Shown here in pieces: positions 1-13,474 of a DNA stretch of 64,000 nucleotides. The notes beneath the pieces were generated by a model, which did no database searches, was not told where the DNA came from, and saw only the letters and a program-made list of their open reading frames with translations. Location: the NCBI GenBank assembly GCA_016748015.1, contig JAAOMT010000659.1:499222-563221 (forward strand). The letters run 5' to 3'. How positions within the stretch are numbered: the stretch's first letter is position 1; each line of letters starts with the position of its first letter. Position numbers and translations under genes: made by a program. The stretch comes from Geosiphon pyriformis uo1 (Eukaryota > Fungi > Glomeromycota).

Positions 1-623
1 ATAAATGAAATGTGCTTATACTATTAGTACTACTTGCTTATTAGACAATAAAACAAGATACCACACAAACAACATCATTTGAACTTGTTTATAGTAGAAC
101 AGCAATATTACCAGTTGAGATAAACATCAACATATATTCAATAGAACCAATAACAAAAGCCAGCTTCCAAAGAACATTGCTAAGAAAAACATATAAACTA
201 ATAGAAATATTGGAAAATAAAAGATAAAAAGCAGCTAATAACATTCAAAAGTTACAAAAAAAACAAAAAAAACAACATAATAATCAATTACCAAACAAAC
301 TAGTTGAATTCAAGATTGGAAACAAAGTATTTTTATATTATACCAAAGCAGAAAAACAATGGGGTAAAAAATTTGATCCCAAATAGGATGAACTATTTTA
401 CATTGAAGAAATTCTAGAAAATGGAAATTATAAACTAAGATGAAACAACAAAATTTTAGCTAAAACAGCATATAGAGATCGACTAAAACCATATCACAAT
501 ATAGCATTATCATTTACCAATAATATTTTACAATTGAAAGTACAAAAAATACTAGTCAAACCAAATAAGATTCCATAAAATTTAGAACCAATTATCATTA
601 TCAAAGCAAATACATTGAAGTAA
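1..623 (+). pseudogene. Gypsy integrase C-terminal fragment (family C)
   Basis: Homologous to the other integrases in the window; multiple in-frame stops; ends EPIIIIKANTLK*. Confidence 0.8.
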
Positions 624-678
624 TCTACCATAACAGTATATAAAAAACCAGCATATATAACAAAAACAACAAAAAAAG

Positions 679-1330
679 ATAGAAATTACTAACAACATCC
701 ACTTATTTGTACAACAAATATTACAACTGATTTAATAACAGAAATTAAGCCTAGAAATTACTATTAATAAAAACATAATTCAATACAAGAATAAAAAAAT
801 AACATGAAAAAACTAAACTAACAAGTAATATTTTAAACACTACAATTCTGAAAACACTATAAATAAGATAATAAAAAGATAGAAAAGACATTGAAAGATC
901 TAAGAATACTAATATCAGAAGAAAAATTGATTTAAAAAATTAAAATCAATAGATACAATAAAATCCAAAAAATTTTTGTTACTATTAGTTGAGACAACAA
1001 TTAAGTATTAAAAACTTATACACTAATAAAACAAAAAAGAAATTTGATTCAACTTAATTACAACAAATTAAACAACTTGTCAAAAAAAACAATTTATTTA
1101 CATACACAAAAACTATTTACTGACTACAGATGGGATTTTAAGACAGACCAAAAATATTACTACATCCAACAATGGATATTATAATTATTAATTAGTTAGA
1201 AAAATTAACCAATATCCAATTTAAAAAATTACAAACCAAAATTACAAAAGCTATTTTGGAGAAAGAAGTTATAGAGTTAATCTAAGAGAGAAATCTAAAA
1301 AGTTTAGAAAATTTTGATAAAACTTAATAT
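679..1330 (+). pseudogene. ORF3 homolog (family C), degenerate
   Basis: Translates EITNNIHLFVQQILQ..LEITINKN..FCYY..ILLHPTMDII..LEKLTNIQFKKLQ, colinear with the intact ORF at 12722-13390. Confidence 0.75.
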
Positions 1331-1346
1331 TAAAAAGAAGGAATAA

Positions 1347-1809
1347 TGTTACTTATAAAAAGTAAGAGTATTATATAGTTGGAAAAATAGCCAATCAGAA
1401 ATAAGCATAGTAACAAAGGAATTTCAAGATTTCTTTGAAGGAATTGCAGAATTTCAAAATTTCAGAATTCCAGAATTTTTTGTAAAAAATTGCAGGATTT
1501 CAAAATCCCAGAATTTTAGAATTTCTTTAAAGGAATTGCAAAATTCCAGAAATCTTGTATAACACCAACTATATATATATAGCAGTAGTATTAAAAGCAA
1601 AAAAAACAGAATTTGGTTCAATTTCAGTTTAACATCCCCTTTTTTATCTATTAATTAATTCTTACTTTACAGATAATTAATATCTACCAAAGTAAATTCA
1701 TTAACAAAATATTAAATAAAACATACTTATTATTATTTAATTTATATTATTATTGTTTGTTTGAGCATTTAACTACTCTTTTATTTATCAACATTTTATG
1801 TTAATAACA
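1347..1809 (+). repeat. 3' LTR of the family C element (~460 bp) with internal ~9-bp tandem repeats at 1417-1560
   Basis: Starts TGTTA right after the PPT and ends TAACA; contains AGAATTTCA/GGAATTGCA-like units and a TATA-like run at ~1570. Confidence 0.7.
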
Positions 1810-1870
1810 TCTAATATTTAATTATGCTAGAACAATAACTCTTAATTACAACTATTAACAGGATATTAAT

Positions 1871-4800
1871 TTCTTCTTTTTTTTTATTTTTTTTTATTTT
1901 TTATTTTTATTTTTTTTTATTTTTTTTTATTTATTTATTTTGTTGTTTATTTACTAACTGATTAAAAAGAATTAATGTACAGACATTAAGATATAATACT
2001 AATAAAAGATCCAGAAATAAAGGTAGACACTCGGAATTGAGGATAGCTTACCAGAAGATACTGGCCACCAAGCTAAAAAAGAAATTGATGAAATATAGAT
2101 ATTCTAAGAAGTGACAAACACCAAAGTATACCAACTCAAAAGTTGGGAAAAAAAACTAGAACATTACAAAAGAATATTATCATTGAATCTTTGTTTATTA
2201 TATAAAGAATTCAACTAAAATTTTCAAATACAAAAATCTTTAGATATTACCAATACTATACAAGCTATTAAACACTAAGTTACAAGTTTGTTATTTATTT
2301 CAACCATTCAAATAATTACTTGTAACATTGTACATTAAAAAACTCTTTAAATCTCAAAATATTCAGACCAAATAATCTACTAATATTAACAGAATTAACC
2401 ACCAAAGAATTCTTATTAATCAAAAATTCAGACACTAACTTGAATCAATAAGGCACAAGATTTCTTAAATCCAATTTTTTCTATTAATGAAATGTTTTCC
2501 AACTTATCACATTTCTTTTTTTGTTTAGAAGTTTGTTATCAAAAGCAACTCCAAACTACTTTAAAAAAAGAACAGAGCTATAATACAAAGACTTTTCCAA
2601 AATGTCGAATATTAAAAATTTATCAGAACTACAAAATACATTAGACAAGTTGTTTACCAAAAATAAATTATTGTCCAAAAGAATTTTTACTACTTTAGCC
2701 AAAAAATTGTTTATTAGACTAATATGTAACTTAATAGAAAACTGCAAAGAATTCAAAAAAAACCACCTCAAAATCTGCAAATTTAAGAATCTATTTTCAA
2801 ACAAATGTCCAAAAATGCTCAATACATTAAAAAAAACAATCAATAAAGCCATTTTTTTTTTAAACTATACTTGTTTAAAAGACTTCAGACTATACAAAAA
2901 TAAATAATACAAAGCCTTACTGGAAAAATTATATAGCAAACTAGTCTTAACTTTAAGACTTTTTTTAATTATTATATCTTATTTATAATATATATTTGAC
3001 AAAACAAAATTAAACTGTAATCAATAGCTAATTATAAGCTACAAAACAGCCAAGACCAAATAAGAAAATTGTTTATTCATAATTACTTTCTTTAATATTA
3101 CATTAGAAAAAAATCTAATATTAACATAAACTTAAGCCAAATTAGGCTTAAAAAGACTTTTAATTGACAAAAAAATTTCCAAGTACCTGTGTAATTTATT
3201 TTTTTTAGCAATTGAAATTGGCAAACTACTAATTATTAATAGAAATAGCCACTGTTTTTTTATTATTAATTAAGATATTATTAATATCAAAGAACTTATT
3301 AGCAATATTCAAAATATATTGAAAAAAAGTTTGGCTATTCTTAACTCAAATTGTATTATTAACAAAGGCATCAGTAGCAAAAAATAATGTTTTTTTTCTA
3401 ATAGCCTCAATTTTGCCAATTTTGATTACAAATTTTATATTAATTTGGTATTTATATAAGTACTTATGTCTCTTGACTTTACACAAAAGTAAATCATAAA
3501 AAATTCTTTAAAGAAAAAAAAAAAAATCTTATTCTGATCTAATCTATTATGTATCTTGTAATTATCTAAAAGTCTAAAATCAGTTATTATTCTATTAATC
3601 TGATTCTTATATATATTGGCAAAAAACTCAATAAATTGATTACACATTTTAATGTGCTATAAACTAGCTTTCAAATAATATCATTTTACTAAATTATAAG
3701 TTTTGTGTATATATTACAAAACCAACCAAAGTTTTTTATTCTTCTTTAGTACATCTTTGACAACCAATTCAATGACAAAAATAGAAGACCAAATTGAAGT
3801 ATTCTTTAATACTGAAAAGTTATTACTGTAAAGAACATTAAATTTGTTATATATTGAGAATATTCAATTAAAAAAGATCTTTAACAGAATTTTTCTAACA
3901 GTTTTGATTAATGTGATAGGCTGAGTATTTGTTAAAATTTTATTTTATTTATAAAATTTGAGAATTATTAAAACTTATGCTTTCTTCCAAAGAACTGAAA
4001 CCATATTCAAAGTTAAACACAAATTCAACAACTTCAAAAAACATTTTAACATCTTTATTACTATAATGTTTTTACAGTTTATTTGGAATTCTTAACAATT
4101 CAGCAGTTTTGTCATCTGATAAATTATTAATCATCAAAGTTAGTTTTTCTATATCAATTTTTTTTATTGCACCAGAAAAAACATTATGATTAACATAATT
4201 TAAAAACATATATTGATGAGACCAAAGCTCAAGTATTCTTAAGAATATTAACCATTTTTTTATTTATTCTTTTATAATTTTATTAACTCTAAGCTTTATT
4301 TTATTAGACTCTATAACTAATTCATCTTTTATTATCAGATAATCCAAAACAACTTTGTAAAAAAACTGTTTTAAAATATTTTTTATTATCTGTTTCTTGT
4401 TAGAGCAGAAATTTTCCATATATCAGTTAATTGCTTTCTAAATAGCTATGTTTTTAAATGACTTTAATTGATAATACTTGAATTTTTGATAATTTTTCTT
4501 AACCAATAACAAATGCTTAATAATATTTGTTAATTTTACATTATTTTGAATTATACAGGCAATTTTAAATGCTTTAATACTATTAATGGTTGACCAAACT
4601 TTGACAAAATGATCAAATTCTAACAGATTTTTAGAATTCTATTTTTTTACAATTTTAGCAATAAGCAGTTTTAACTTGAAAATTTTGACAATTGTTTGTT
4701 TTTTAAGCAATTATATTTATTATACCAATGTTTAAAGAATATCACATTAGCAAATTGTACTAAAGCTTCTCTTAACATTTTCTATATTATATCTAAATTA

Positions 4801-4880
4801 TCACAATATTCTGTTTTTTTGAACACATTTGACACTACCAATAACTTGTTAAAAAAACACTCTTTAAATTATCATAATTC
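1871..4880 (-). mobile_element. 5'-truncated, degenerate LINE (ORF2 RT region) with A-rich tail
   Basis: Minus-strand translation gives non-LTR RT motifs (VLWKKA..LTNTQPITLIKTVRKIL; NNFSVLKNTS; KKLDLRNLVPY). The T-rich tract at 1871-1950 fits an A-tail. The 5' end abuts Gypsy integrase at ~4885. Confidence 0.8.
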
Positions 4881-4884
4881 ACAA

Positions 4885-7717
4885 TTCTATAAGCAAACAA
4901 AGCTAAAAACAGTATTTTGTCTTATAAGTTTGTTTTTTTATTGGTTTTGGTTAGAATTTTACATAATGTTCTATTAAAATGTTTTACTAAGTTATTTGTT
5001 TAAGAGTAATAAAGAGAAAAAAGTTTATAGCATATTTTTATTTTTCTACAAAGTTCTTTAATCAGTGTACTAAAAAAAGCTTTTTTTCTATTAAATAAAA
5101 GTTCTTTGAAACAGCCATAATGACAAATAATATTTTTATAAATAAAGTTAATAATAAAGACTACTATTTGATCTGAGATGGCTTTTGTTTCTATCTATTT
5201 TGTAAAATAGTTGATAGCTGTAATAATGTATCTATTGCTATCAGAAATTATGGTTAAAAGTTTAACAACATCTATACTAATTCTGTTAAATAGTTGACCA
5301 ACAAAAATTAAATAGATGTTTTTTTTGCAATTGAGATTTCTTTTTTTTTGACAGGTATTACAAATTTTAATGTACTTAGCAATGTCTTTTTCCAAAATAG
5401 GCCAATAATAGCAAGTAAGTATTTTCTGAATTGTTTTAGTTTTTTTAAAGTGTTTAGCTAATGAATTAATATACATATTATAAATCACAATTTTTTTTTT
5501 AAATTTGATAACTTTCTAAAAGCAGTTTGAATGTTTTCTGTTTTTTTTGTAAGATTGGTTTTGGTAAATCAAATAAAAATTTGATTGTTTTTACAATTGT
5601 TTTTTTGCTATTGAGTATAGTCTGGTGGATATTTTTTTTTGCTTAAATATTCTATTAAAGTAAAATAGTTGTTCAAGTCTATTATTGTGTTTGTTTGTAA
5701 AAAAGTTACTAATAATTAAGTTAGTTTGGTTTGTGAAAATTGTACTGTTACTATATAATAAGTTTAGAAAAAGCATTAGTATTTTAATGATTAGCTCCTT
5801 TGCAATATTGTATATTATAGTTGAATTCATTTAGGTGGAGTATTTAATAAGTAATTTGTTTGTGTTTCAGCTTTTTTTTTTATGCAGCTAAATTAAGGCT
5901 TGATAATTTGTTACCATTAAGAATTTGGTACTAAGAAGATATTTATCTTAATAATTAATAGTTCATATTACTGTTAGGCATTTCTGTTTAATAATTAAGT
6001 AGTTTTGTTTTGCTAAAAAAGTAATCAGCTGGTATAAGTTATAATATGCTTTTTGTCATCTTATTTTTTTGGAAGAGAATAGCATCAAGTCCAAAGCCAG
6101 ATGTATTAGTATGAAAAATAAAAAGTTGGTTCAGATTAGATTGCATAAGAATTGGTTCAGTAACTAGTTTTTTTTTCAAAGTTTTAAAAACTTTTTGTTA
6201 ATGTGAGCTTCAATAATAATTAACAGTTTTTTTGAGTAGTTAATTAAAAAAAAAGGCAATTTTGAAAAAATCTTTGACAAATTTGCAATAATAAAAGGCC
6301 AAACCAAGAAAAAAGCATAATTTATGAATGTTTATTAATTGTTTAATATTTTGAACTTTTTTAATCTTAATAAAATCAGAGAAAATTTTATTTTTTGTAA
6401 TAAAATAACCAAAAAACTAAGTAGATTATTATTCAAAAAAGGATTTAATTGAATTGATTTTGAGACCAGCATTTTTAAGGAGATCAAAAACCTTTTATAA
6501 ATATTCAAGGTGTTTATTCCAGATTTTTGAGTATACTATTATGTTATCTAAATAAATTAAAACAAAGTTTTCTTTTATTGATTCAAATACTTTGTCTATT
6601 AATTATTAAAAGATAAAAAAAACATTGATAAGACCAAAAGGCATAACTGTAAATTCATAAGTGTTATACTTAGTAATAAAAACAGTTTTCTTTCTGCTTT
6701 CTGAATTCATTTCTACTTGCCAAAATCCAACAGTTAAATCAATAGTTAAGAAGAAAACAGCACTATTGAATTGATTTAGTATTGCATTAATTTTAAGAAG
6801 TAGGTATATGTCTCTTTTAATAATAATATTTAATTAGTGGTAGTCAACACAGAAACATAGGATTCTATTTTTTTGGATACCACTACAACTGATAATGCCC
6901 ATTTACTCTTGGTTTTTGTATGAATTCAAGATTTTTTATTCAATTTATTTATTTTTTAATGAACTTATTATTGTAACAGTTAGATTAATAAGACTTCAAA
7001 TAAATAAAACAAGTTTCTCTGGTGGTGATAATATATTGTATTACATGAATTTGTTTAGAAGTATTACTTTCTTTTGAGATAATTAGACTATTTCTAGCCA
7101 GTAAGTTTTCAATGTTCACTTTTTTTTCTTCTGAGAAAAGTTCTTTTTGTTTTACTATTATTAATTGAATTTTTAATAGTTCATTCTCAAAGTATTTTTG
7201 TACTTTTTTTATTTTTTCTCTGGATATTAAGCTAATTGGTTCCCAATCTTTGTAATAGATTAAGCAAAACTTGTATTCATTATTAGAAAAATACAATAAT
7301 TTATTGTATTAGCACCAAGCACAAGAGTCATGTTACCAATAGCTGTATTTGGCTTTTTTGTTAAGCTTTTGGTTAAAAATTTTTCTGAATATGTTATAAT
7401 AAGACCAGGAAATTATTTTGCCATTTATAATGATTTTTTTTGTTTGCTTTAATATTATTTAATAGCTTGCCATTGCTAATAAAAATAGTATAAACTAGTT
7501 CAACAGTTTTTTTTTGTTGTTTTTTATTTATTTATTTTATCACTTTTTTTATTATTTGATTTATCTGATTGTTTTTTCTCTTGGTTTTGTTTTGATACTA
7601 AGGAAGTTGTTTAATAGTAATACTTAATTACAATAGATTTTTTATTACATCTAATAATTAGCTTACAAAGTTTATAAATTAATAAAATTTTTGCTTTTTT
7701 AAGTCACTTATTGTCAA
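4885..7717 (-). mobile_element. Old Ty3/Gypsy pol fragment (family D): RT, RNase H, integrase
   Basis: FCVDY, GFWQVEM, YEFTVMPFGL, IYLDN (RT); HF..TKT..YYWP..CNTCQ and IDVV (integrase); truncated at LFAYRI by the LINE. Confidence 0.85.
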
Positions 7718-8670
7718 TATTACTAGAGGTTTTTGGTCTTTTTTTTTAAATGTTGTTAATATTTGTTTTCTGTAAATTCACGTTTATTGAAAGTTATTGA
7801 ATCTCTGATAACTAAATTTATCTTTAAATTATTTTTTATAATTTGAACTACTGGGCTTATAAATAGAATGGCCAATTCTGTACCAATTACTTTGTATAGT
7901 TACATTTTAGTAAACATCAACTTTTTTTTAGAAATTACTTATCTGAAAGCTCACAAAAATGTGTAGTTATTTTGCTGTAAAAGTCAACTCTTCTACAGGA
8001 ATTTTGTTTATAGACTACCCTAATAATTATATTAAAAAAATAAAAAAAAATAAAAAAAATGTAAAAGAAGTAAAATTTTGTTAAGGGAATCATTTTCTAT
8101 CCAAATCTAGAATCATTAATAGCTTATTGAAATTGGTAGCTAATCAATTTCAAAAATGTTAGTTGGGTTTCAGGAATTTCAAGTATAATAATTAAAAATT
8201 TGGGTTTTTAAATATTTGATTTTATTTAATTTTGTAAAGGTATATAAGAGATGATTAATTCTAACTAAGATATTTAAAAGTAAGATACATTTTTTCAAAA
8301 AAAAAAGCTCTTTTTTTATACAACTTGTTGTAATACTAGTCTTTGAATTTGCATTTTTTTCTTTGCTATCATTTTAATAAATTAAAGATATATTTTAATA
8401 AACTACAAGTTATTTTTACAAACTATTAATTATTTTGGTAAACTATCAATTATTTTGGCAAATTTTTGAATATTAAATAGTTCAAAGTATTGTGTAATTT
8501 AATTATCTTAATTTCTATAGTACAAATTGGATTATTAATTGAATAATAATATTCAATAATTTGATTAACTAATAAGTGATAATTGAAATAATAATAATAT
8601 ATCCTAATTAATGATAAAAATTATAAAGATAATTTTATGTTAATTACTAGTTAAAATTTTACTGATAACA
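7718..8670 (-). repeat. 3' LTR of A1
   Basis: Reverse complement of the family A LTR (eroded TATTAC...TAACA), with the degraded PPT adjacent at ~8671-8685. Confidence 0.9.
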
Positions 8671-8671
8671 T

Positions 8672-9345
8672 AATTTTTTCCTTAAGACTAAGCTCTGTCA
8701 AAGTTAAAGCACTATCTGTAACATTAAGATAGTTGTCCGAAATAATCATGGTAATTTGGTCTGAAAATTGTTAAAATTTCAGTTCTGTGAATTTGCCAAT
8801 GTATTGAATCTTCATTGGTTGGAGTATTGAATTTTGTAAGACGTTTTTACAAGTATTAAACAGATTATAAAGTCTAAGTACTGCTTTAAGTTTATAGCAA
8901 GTGTTTATTAATCCAACTGCTGTTTTAAATTTATTGTGAATTTGTTTTTATATAGTTTCAGAAATGAGGTTTGTTGTTGTAAGTTTTAATTTTTGTTCAT
9001 AAAGTGTTCTTCCAATATGAAAATATTTATAAATAAAAGTATGTTCATTGTTTTGTTTATTAAAAAATAATAAAAGTTTTTGTTAAGTCATGACATTTAG
9101 TAAAATATTAATAAGATTAAATATAAGATTTTTTTTAAGACTTGTTTTAAAAGTTCTGATAATTGACTTTCTCATGTTTTTTCTATAAGAGTAATAATTT
9201 TCAGAATTATTTACTACTGGTGTTGTAATTTTTTTTTGGATGTAATTAATTTGATTTTTATTAATAATTATAAATAAGTCAGAAAGTATTTTTAAAGCTA
9301 CATTAATTTTTGAGATATTTGTTGAATATTTCAAGAAATAATCAT
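8672..9345 (-). pseudogene. ORF3 of A1, degenerate
   Basis: ATG at 9345; colinear with A2 ORF3 (IYKYFHIGRTLYEQKLKLTTTNLISE; YIGKFTELKF). Confidence 0.8.
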
Positions 9346-9500
9346 AATAAAAGTATCTAAAAACTAAAAATAAAAATTAAAAAGATTTTTGAAAAATAAA
9401 GAAAATATTTTTGGATCTAAAAGTTTTTATATATTTTTGTTTTGGGTATTTTTTGTTGTTGTTTTACTATTTTTATGGCTATATTACTAGAAATATTAAA

Positions 9501-10860
9501 TTAAGTATTCAAGTTTGGTTGTTGTTCTATTACAACTATTGGTTCTAAATTTTGGAAAATATCTTCAGAATTAATTAAAAAAGAATGTGTACCAATTTGT
9601 AAAATTAATGATTTAAATTGTTTCTGAAATAATAATGTTTCAATTGATCTCTATGTGCAACTTTTGCTGAGACTTTGTCATCAAGTCTTAACTTGTATAA
9701 TCCATTGCCTAAAACTTTATGAATATAGAATAGTCTGTCTTATTTATGATCAAATTTTCTACTCTATTGTTTTTTAGTCTTAGTTTTGTGTAAGAAAACT
9801 TTATTTCCAATTTTAAATTTATTGGTAACTAGTAGCAATTTGTTGTTATGTTATTCTTTTTATTGAGCTTGAAAGTGTTTAATATAAATGCTACTATTTG
9901 TTATTTTTTTTCAAAATACTGAAAAGGATGTAAACTCTTCATTGAAGTGTTTCTTTTTGATAATTGGTTGTATTGAATATGTTTTTACAGTAAGATTAAT
10001 TGGTAATATTGCTGTCTTCTCATAAGTTAGGTCAAATAGTGTGTATTTTGTAGTATCTTGTTTTAGTGTTCTATATGCTAATAGCACTGATGAAATAAAA
10101 ATATCTTATTTCTGCTTAAAATCAGTTAAGACTTTGGCTAGTAATTCATACAATGTTCAGTTAAAATGTTTTACAAGTCTATTTGTTTGGAGATAGTATA
10201 GTAATAATAGAGGTCTTTTGATATTAAATTGTTTACAAATTTTTTATATTAAGTTGTTTACAAAATATGTTTTTTGATCAGATAACAGTTCAATTGGGCA
10301 TTTATGTTTACAAATAATGTCTTTATAGATGAAATTTGCTACTGATTTGGCATCTGCTCTTTGAATAACTTTGGCTTCAGGCCATTTGATAAGATAGTTT
10401 ATTGCAACTACAATATAATAGTTTTCTTGGTTTATAATAAGTAGTGGTCTAATTAAATTGATACCAACTCTGTCAAAAAATTGTCTAACTTTGATTGGAT
10501 TTAAAGATTCAGTAGTCAAATTTCTCCTTTTTTTTAATAACTATTACATAATTCTATATATTGTCAAATGTTTTGGTATATGTGAGACCAAAAATAATGT
10601 TCTAATGTTCTTTGTATAGTGCTGTTTTTTCTTAGGTGTCCTAATAAAAAATCTGTGTGTATGTTACATAAGATTGTTTTTATTTTATTTTATTGGATTA
10701 ATCTGAATGAGTTTATTAAGTTTTGGTAGTTTTGGTAATAGATTTTGTTGTAATACAGAAAATATTGTTTGAATTGGTGTTTTTTAGCTGAAGACCAATT
10801 TTTTGGTATATTAAAAGTCTTCAAGTAGTTTTTGATGTTGTTGTGGTTTTTGGAATCTAT
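9501..10860 (-). pseudogene. Integrase of A1 (separate ORF)
   Basis: DRVGINLIRPL, KWPEAK, IELLSDQ motifs; begins 51 nt after the RNase H stop at 10912-10914. Confidence 0.85.
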
Positions 10861-11834
10861 TGTTTTATTTGTTGATTGTTTGTTAAGTTTAATAGTTTAT
10901 TGGTGTTAATTCTAATCTTGCCTTATTCTAAAAAGACTATCTATATTTGTATGTAATTTTGTTTAGTTTATGGTATATAATATACTTGTAGTCTGTTAGA
11001 AAATCAAACCATTAGAATTGTTTGACACTAAGTTCAGAGTTTTTCTTATTAAGCAATTTAAAGCCAATATTATCTATAATAATATCAAATTGAGATTTGT
11101 TTCAAAGATATTGTTGAAAGTGTTTTAAAGCCCAAATAATAGCTGTTGCTTTTAATTCAGTGGACTCATATTTGAGCTCAGTTGGTTTAAGAGTTCTACT
11201 GACTATATATAAAGCATTAGTGACTAACTGAAATCTTTTACTGAAATTTAGATATGTGAGAATTGAAACTGTGATAAGTTTTTCTTTGAAGGTATCAAAT
11301 GCTTGTTGTTGAGTTTGTGTTTATTAATAGTTCACATTTTTTTTGGCCAGATAGTTGAATGGTTTGGCAATTTTGGAGAATTTTTTGATGAATTTTTGAT
11401 AATAAGAAGCTAGTCTTACAAATCTTCTTAGTTCTATTGTGTTTTAAAAAATTTTGAAATTTTTAACAGTATTAATTGTTTCTGGATTGGATTGAACTCC
11501 ATCTTTGCTAATAATATGTCTAAGGAAAATTAAACTTGTTTTTTTAAAGTAACACTTTTCAAAGTTTAACTTTAATCCTGCTTTTTATAATTGTTAAAAA
11601 ACTTTTTGCAGATAGATCAAATGGGCTTTGAAACTTGAAAAGTACATATCAGTATTATCTAAGTAAATAACTACTAATTGCCATAGAAATTCTTTATAAA
11701 CAATATCCATAAGTTGTTAGAATGTTGCTGGTGTATTATAAAGTCTAAAAAACATAATATTAAATTTGTAATTTCTTTTTTGTAAAGTAAATACTGTTTT
11801 TGGTTGATCTTTGAGATCTATTTTAACTTGTCAG

Positions 11835-12708
11835 TGTTACGAGATGGTTTTCTTGTTATATTTAATTGCCAATATTCTGTTTTAATTGCAATCAGTCTTT
11901 CGTGAATTTCTCAATTTTATTTGTGTAATAATGTTACTGTTATACTGAAGGCTTTCTTTTTAATGTCGTGATGTAAGTTATTTTTCAATTCCTGATTGTT
12001 GTGTATGTTTATGTACTCCTTTTCAGAGGCTGAACTGAAATCTACCCACTGTCTGGGGTCTTCTCTGAGGCTATCCTTGCAATTGCCTAATGTGTTTCTC
12101 TAATCTAGAAACACAGAATGTTAATGGCCTTTAGTGTTTTTCCTAATTCTTACAATTAAGTTTTTATCAATTAGTAACAATGTGAATAATCTTGATCAAG
12201 AATTATTCTTCCAAGAGATTCAGTTAATGAATGATAGTTTCATTCAATAAATAATATAAGTAAGTTTCTTAATACTTTGGGTTGTGATAATTCAATTTTA
12301 AATATTCTTTTTCATTTCTTTTTGATTTAAAGGTTTCTTGGGATATTTAATTTGAAAGTATGATTTAAAGTGGAGTTTGTTGGATAAAATTGGATCTATT
12401 GCTTGATAAATTATAATTTTTATTACTTGATTCTCTTTTCTCAATATTAAAGCTACTGTATATATACATGTTTGTAGTTCTACGAGAAAACACATTTTAA
12501 TACTTTTTTTTTGATATTTCAACTTGGTGTTTGCTGCTATCACCAGTTGGTGTTGACTGCTATTGTGAACTGGTACTTGCCACTATTGCAAAATGGTGTT
12601 TGTTATTATGTTAATCATTATCTTTCTAAGATTATTACTGCGCTATATTATGATTGAATAGTTTATATTATTTTTATGATTCTTTTGCTAAATTTTTAAA
12701 CCATAACA
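11835..12708 (-). repeat. 3' LTR of B
   Basis: Direct repeat of 20672-21545, same length. Confidence 0.95.
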
Positions 12709-12721
12709 TTATCTCCTCCTT

Positions 12722-13390
12722 TCAAGATTGAGCTCCATCGAAATCAAAATTAATTTTTTCATTAAATTCTAAGTTACTATAGTGGTTCAATACTGTGTTA
12801 TTAATTTGTTGTTGTAATTCTTGAAATTGCGAGTTGGTAAGTTGTCCAATACTGTTAGTTGTTATTATGTTCATGGTTGGGTCCAACAATAGTTTGTGAC
12901 AGTTTTCAAATGCTTTGAAAATTCTGTAAACTGTTTTTGAATAAAATGTAGTGTTGGTTTTTTCAATAAAAGATTTTAATAGTTGGATAGTTGTTTTGTC
13001 AAACATTCTAGTTGAGTCTTTTGAGTATAATGTTTGTATGTTCAAATGCTTTCCTAGTTGATAATAACAGTAGTTAATTGGAAATTTTGTTTTCAAGTTG
13101 CTAAATATGTCTGGTGTTAATTCACTTATTTCTATTTCTTTTATTATTAATGTATTGCCCAATGCTATCTCTAATTTTTCAATAACTTTGCTGATAAATT
13201 TGTTGTTATGTTTGGTAATATTATATGGTTCAAAATTATGTTCTTTTCTTGTTTTTGGATTTTCTATTGTTCTTTTTATGTATGTTATTTTGGAGCTATT
13301 AACTGTGATTTCCAGATCAGATTTCAATTGTTGTAAGCTTTCAACTAATTGTTGAATTATATTGTTGATGTTTTCTGGAATAAGTATCAT
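12722..13390 (-). CDS. ORF3 of element B, 222-aa protein of unknown function in the env position
   Basis: Intact ATG-to-stop ORF between integrase and PPT; homologous to ORF3 of A1, A2 and C; no obvious TM helix or signal peptide. Confidence 0.8.
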   Translation of the reverse strand: MILIPENINNIIQQLVESLQQLKSDLEITVNSSKITYIKRTIENPKTRKEHNFEPYNITKHNNKFISKVIEKLEIALGNTLIIKEIEISELTPDIFSNLKTKFPINYCYYQLGKHLNIQTLYSKDSTRMFDKTTIQLLKSFIEKTNTTFYSKTVYRIFKAFENCHKLLLDPTMNIITTNSIGQLTNSQFQELQQQINNTVLNHYSNLEFNEKINFDFDGAQS

Positions 13391-13474
13391 TGTTTTAATT
13401 TTGACTGCTATTTTGGAATCTTTTGCATGTATTTTTATAGTTGTTAAATTATTTTTGCTGTGATCTAAGATTAA

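Larger units (their letters stand above)
1..1809 (+). mobile_element. 3' part of a degenerate Ty3/Gypsy LTR retrotransposon (family C): integrase C-terminus, ORF3, PPT, 3' LTR
   Basis: Integrase-like translation (LLAY..IKQDTTQTTSFELVY; EFKIGNKVFLYYTKAEKQW) matches the integrases at 13475-14854 and 43692-45077. A purine tract (1332-1343) precedes TGTTA...TAACA. Confidence 0.85.

Noticed and set aside
12298-12543. Near-identical 81-aa ORFs at 12298-12543 and 21135-21380
   Set aside because: They are duplicated only because both lie in the B LTRs; the start codon is non-ATG and there is no recognisable domain.
12722-13390. Calling ORF3 an envelope gene
   Set aside because: It is short and lacks an evident signal peptide, fusion peptide or TM anchor.
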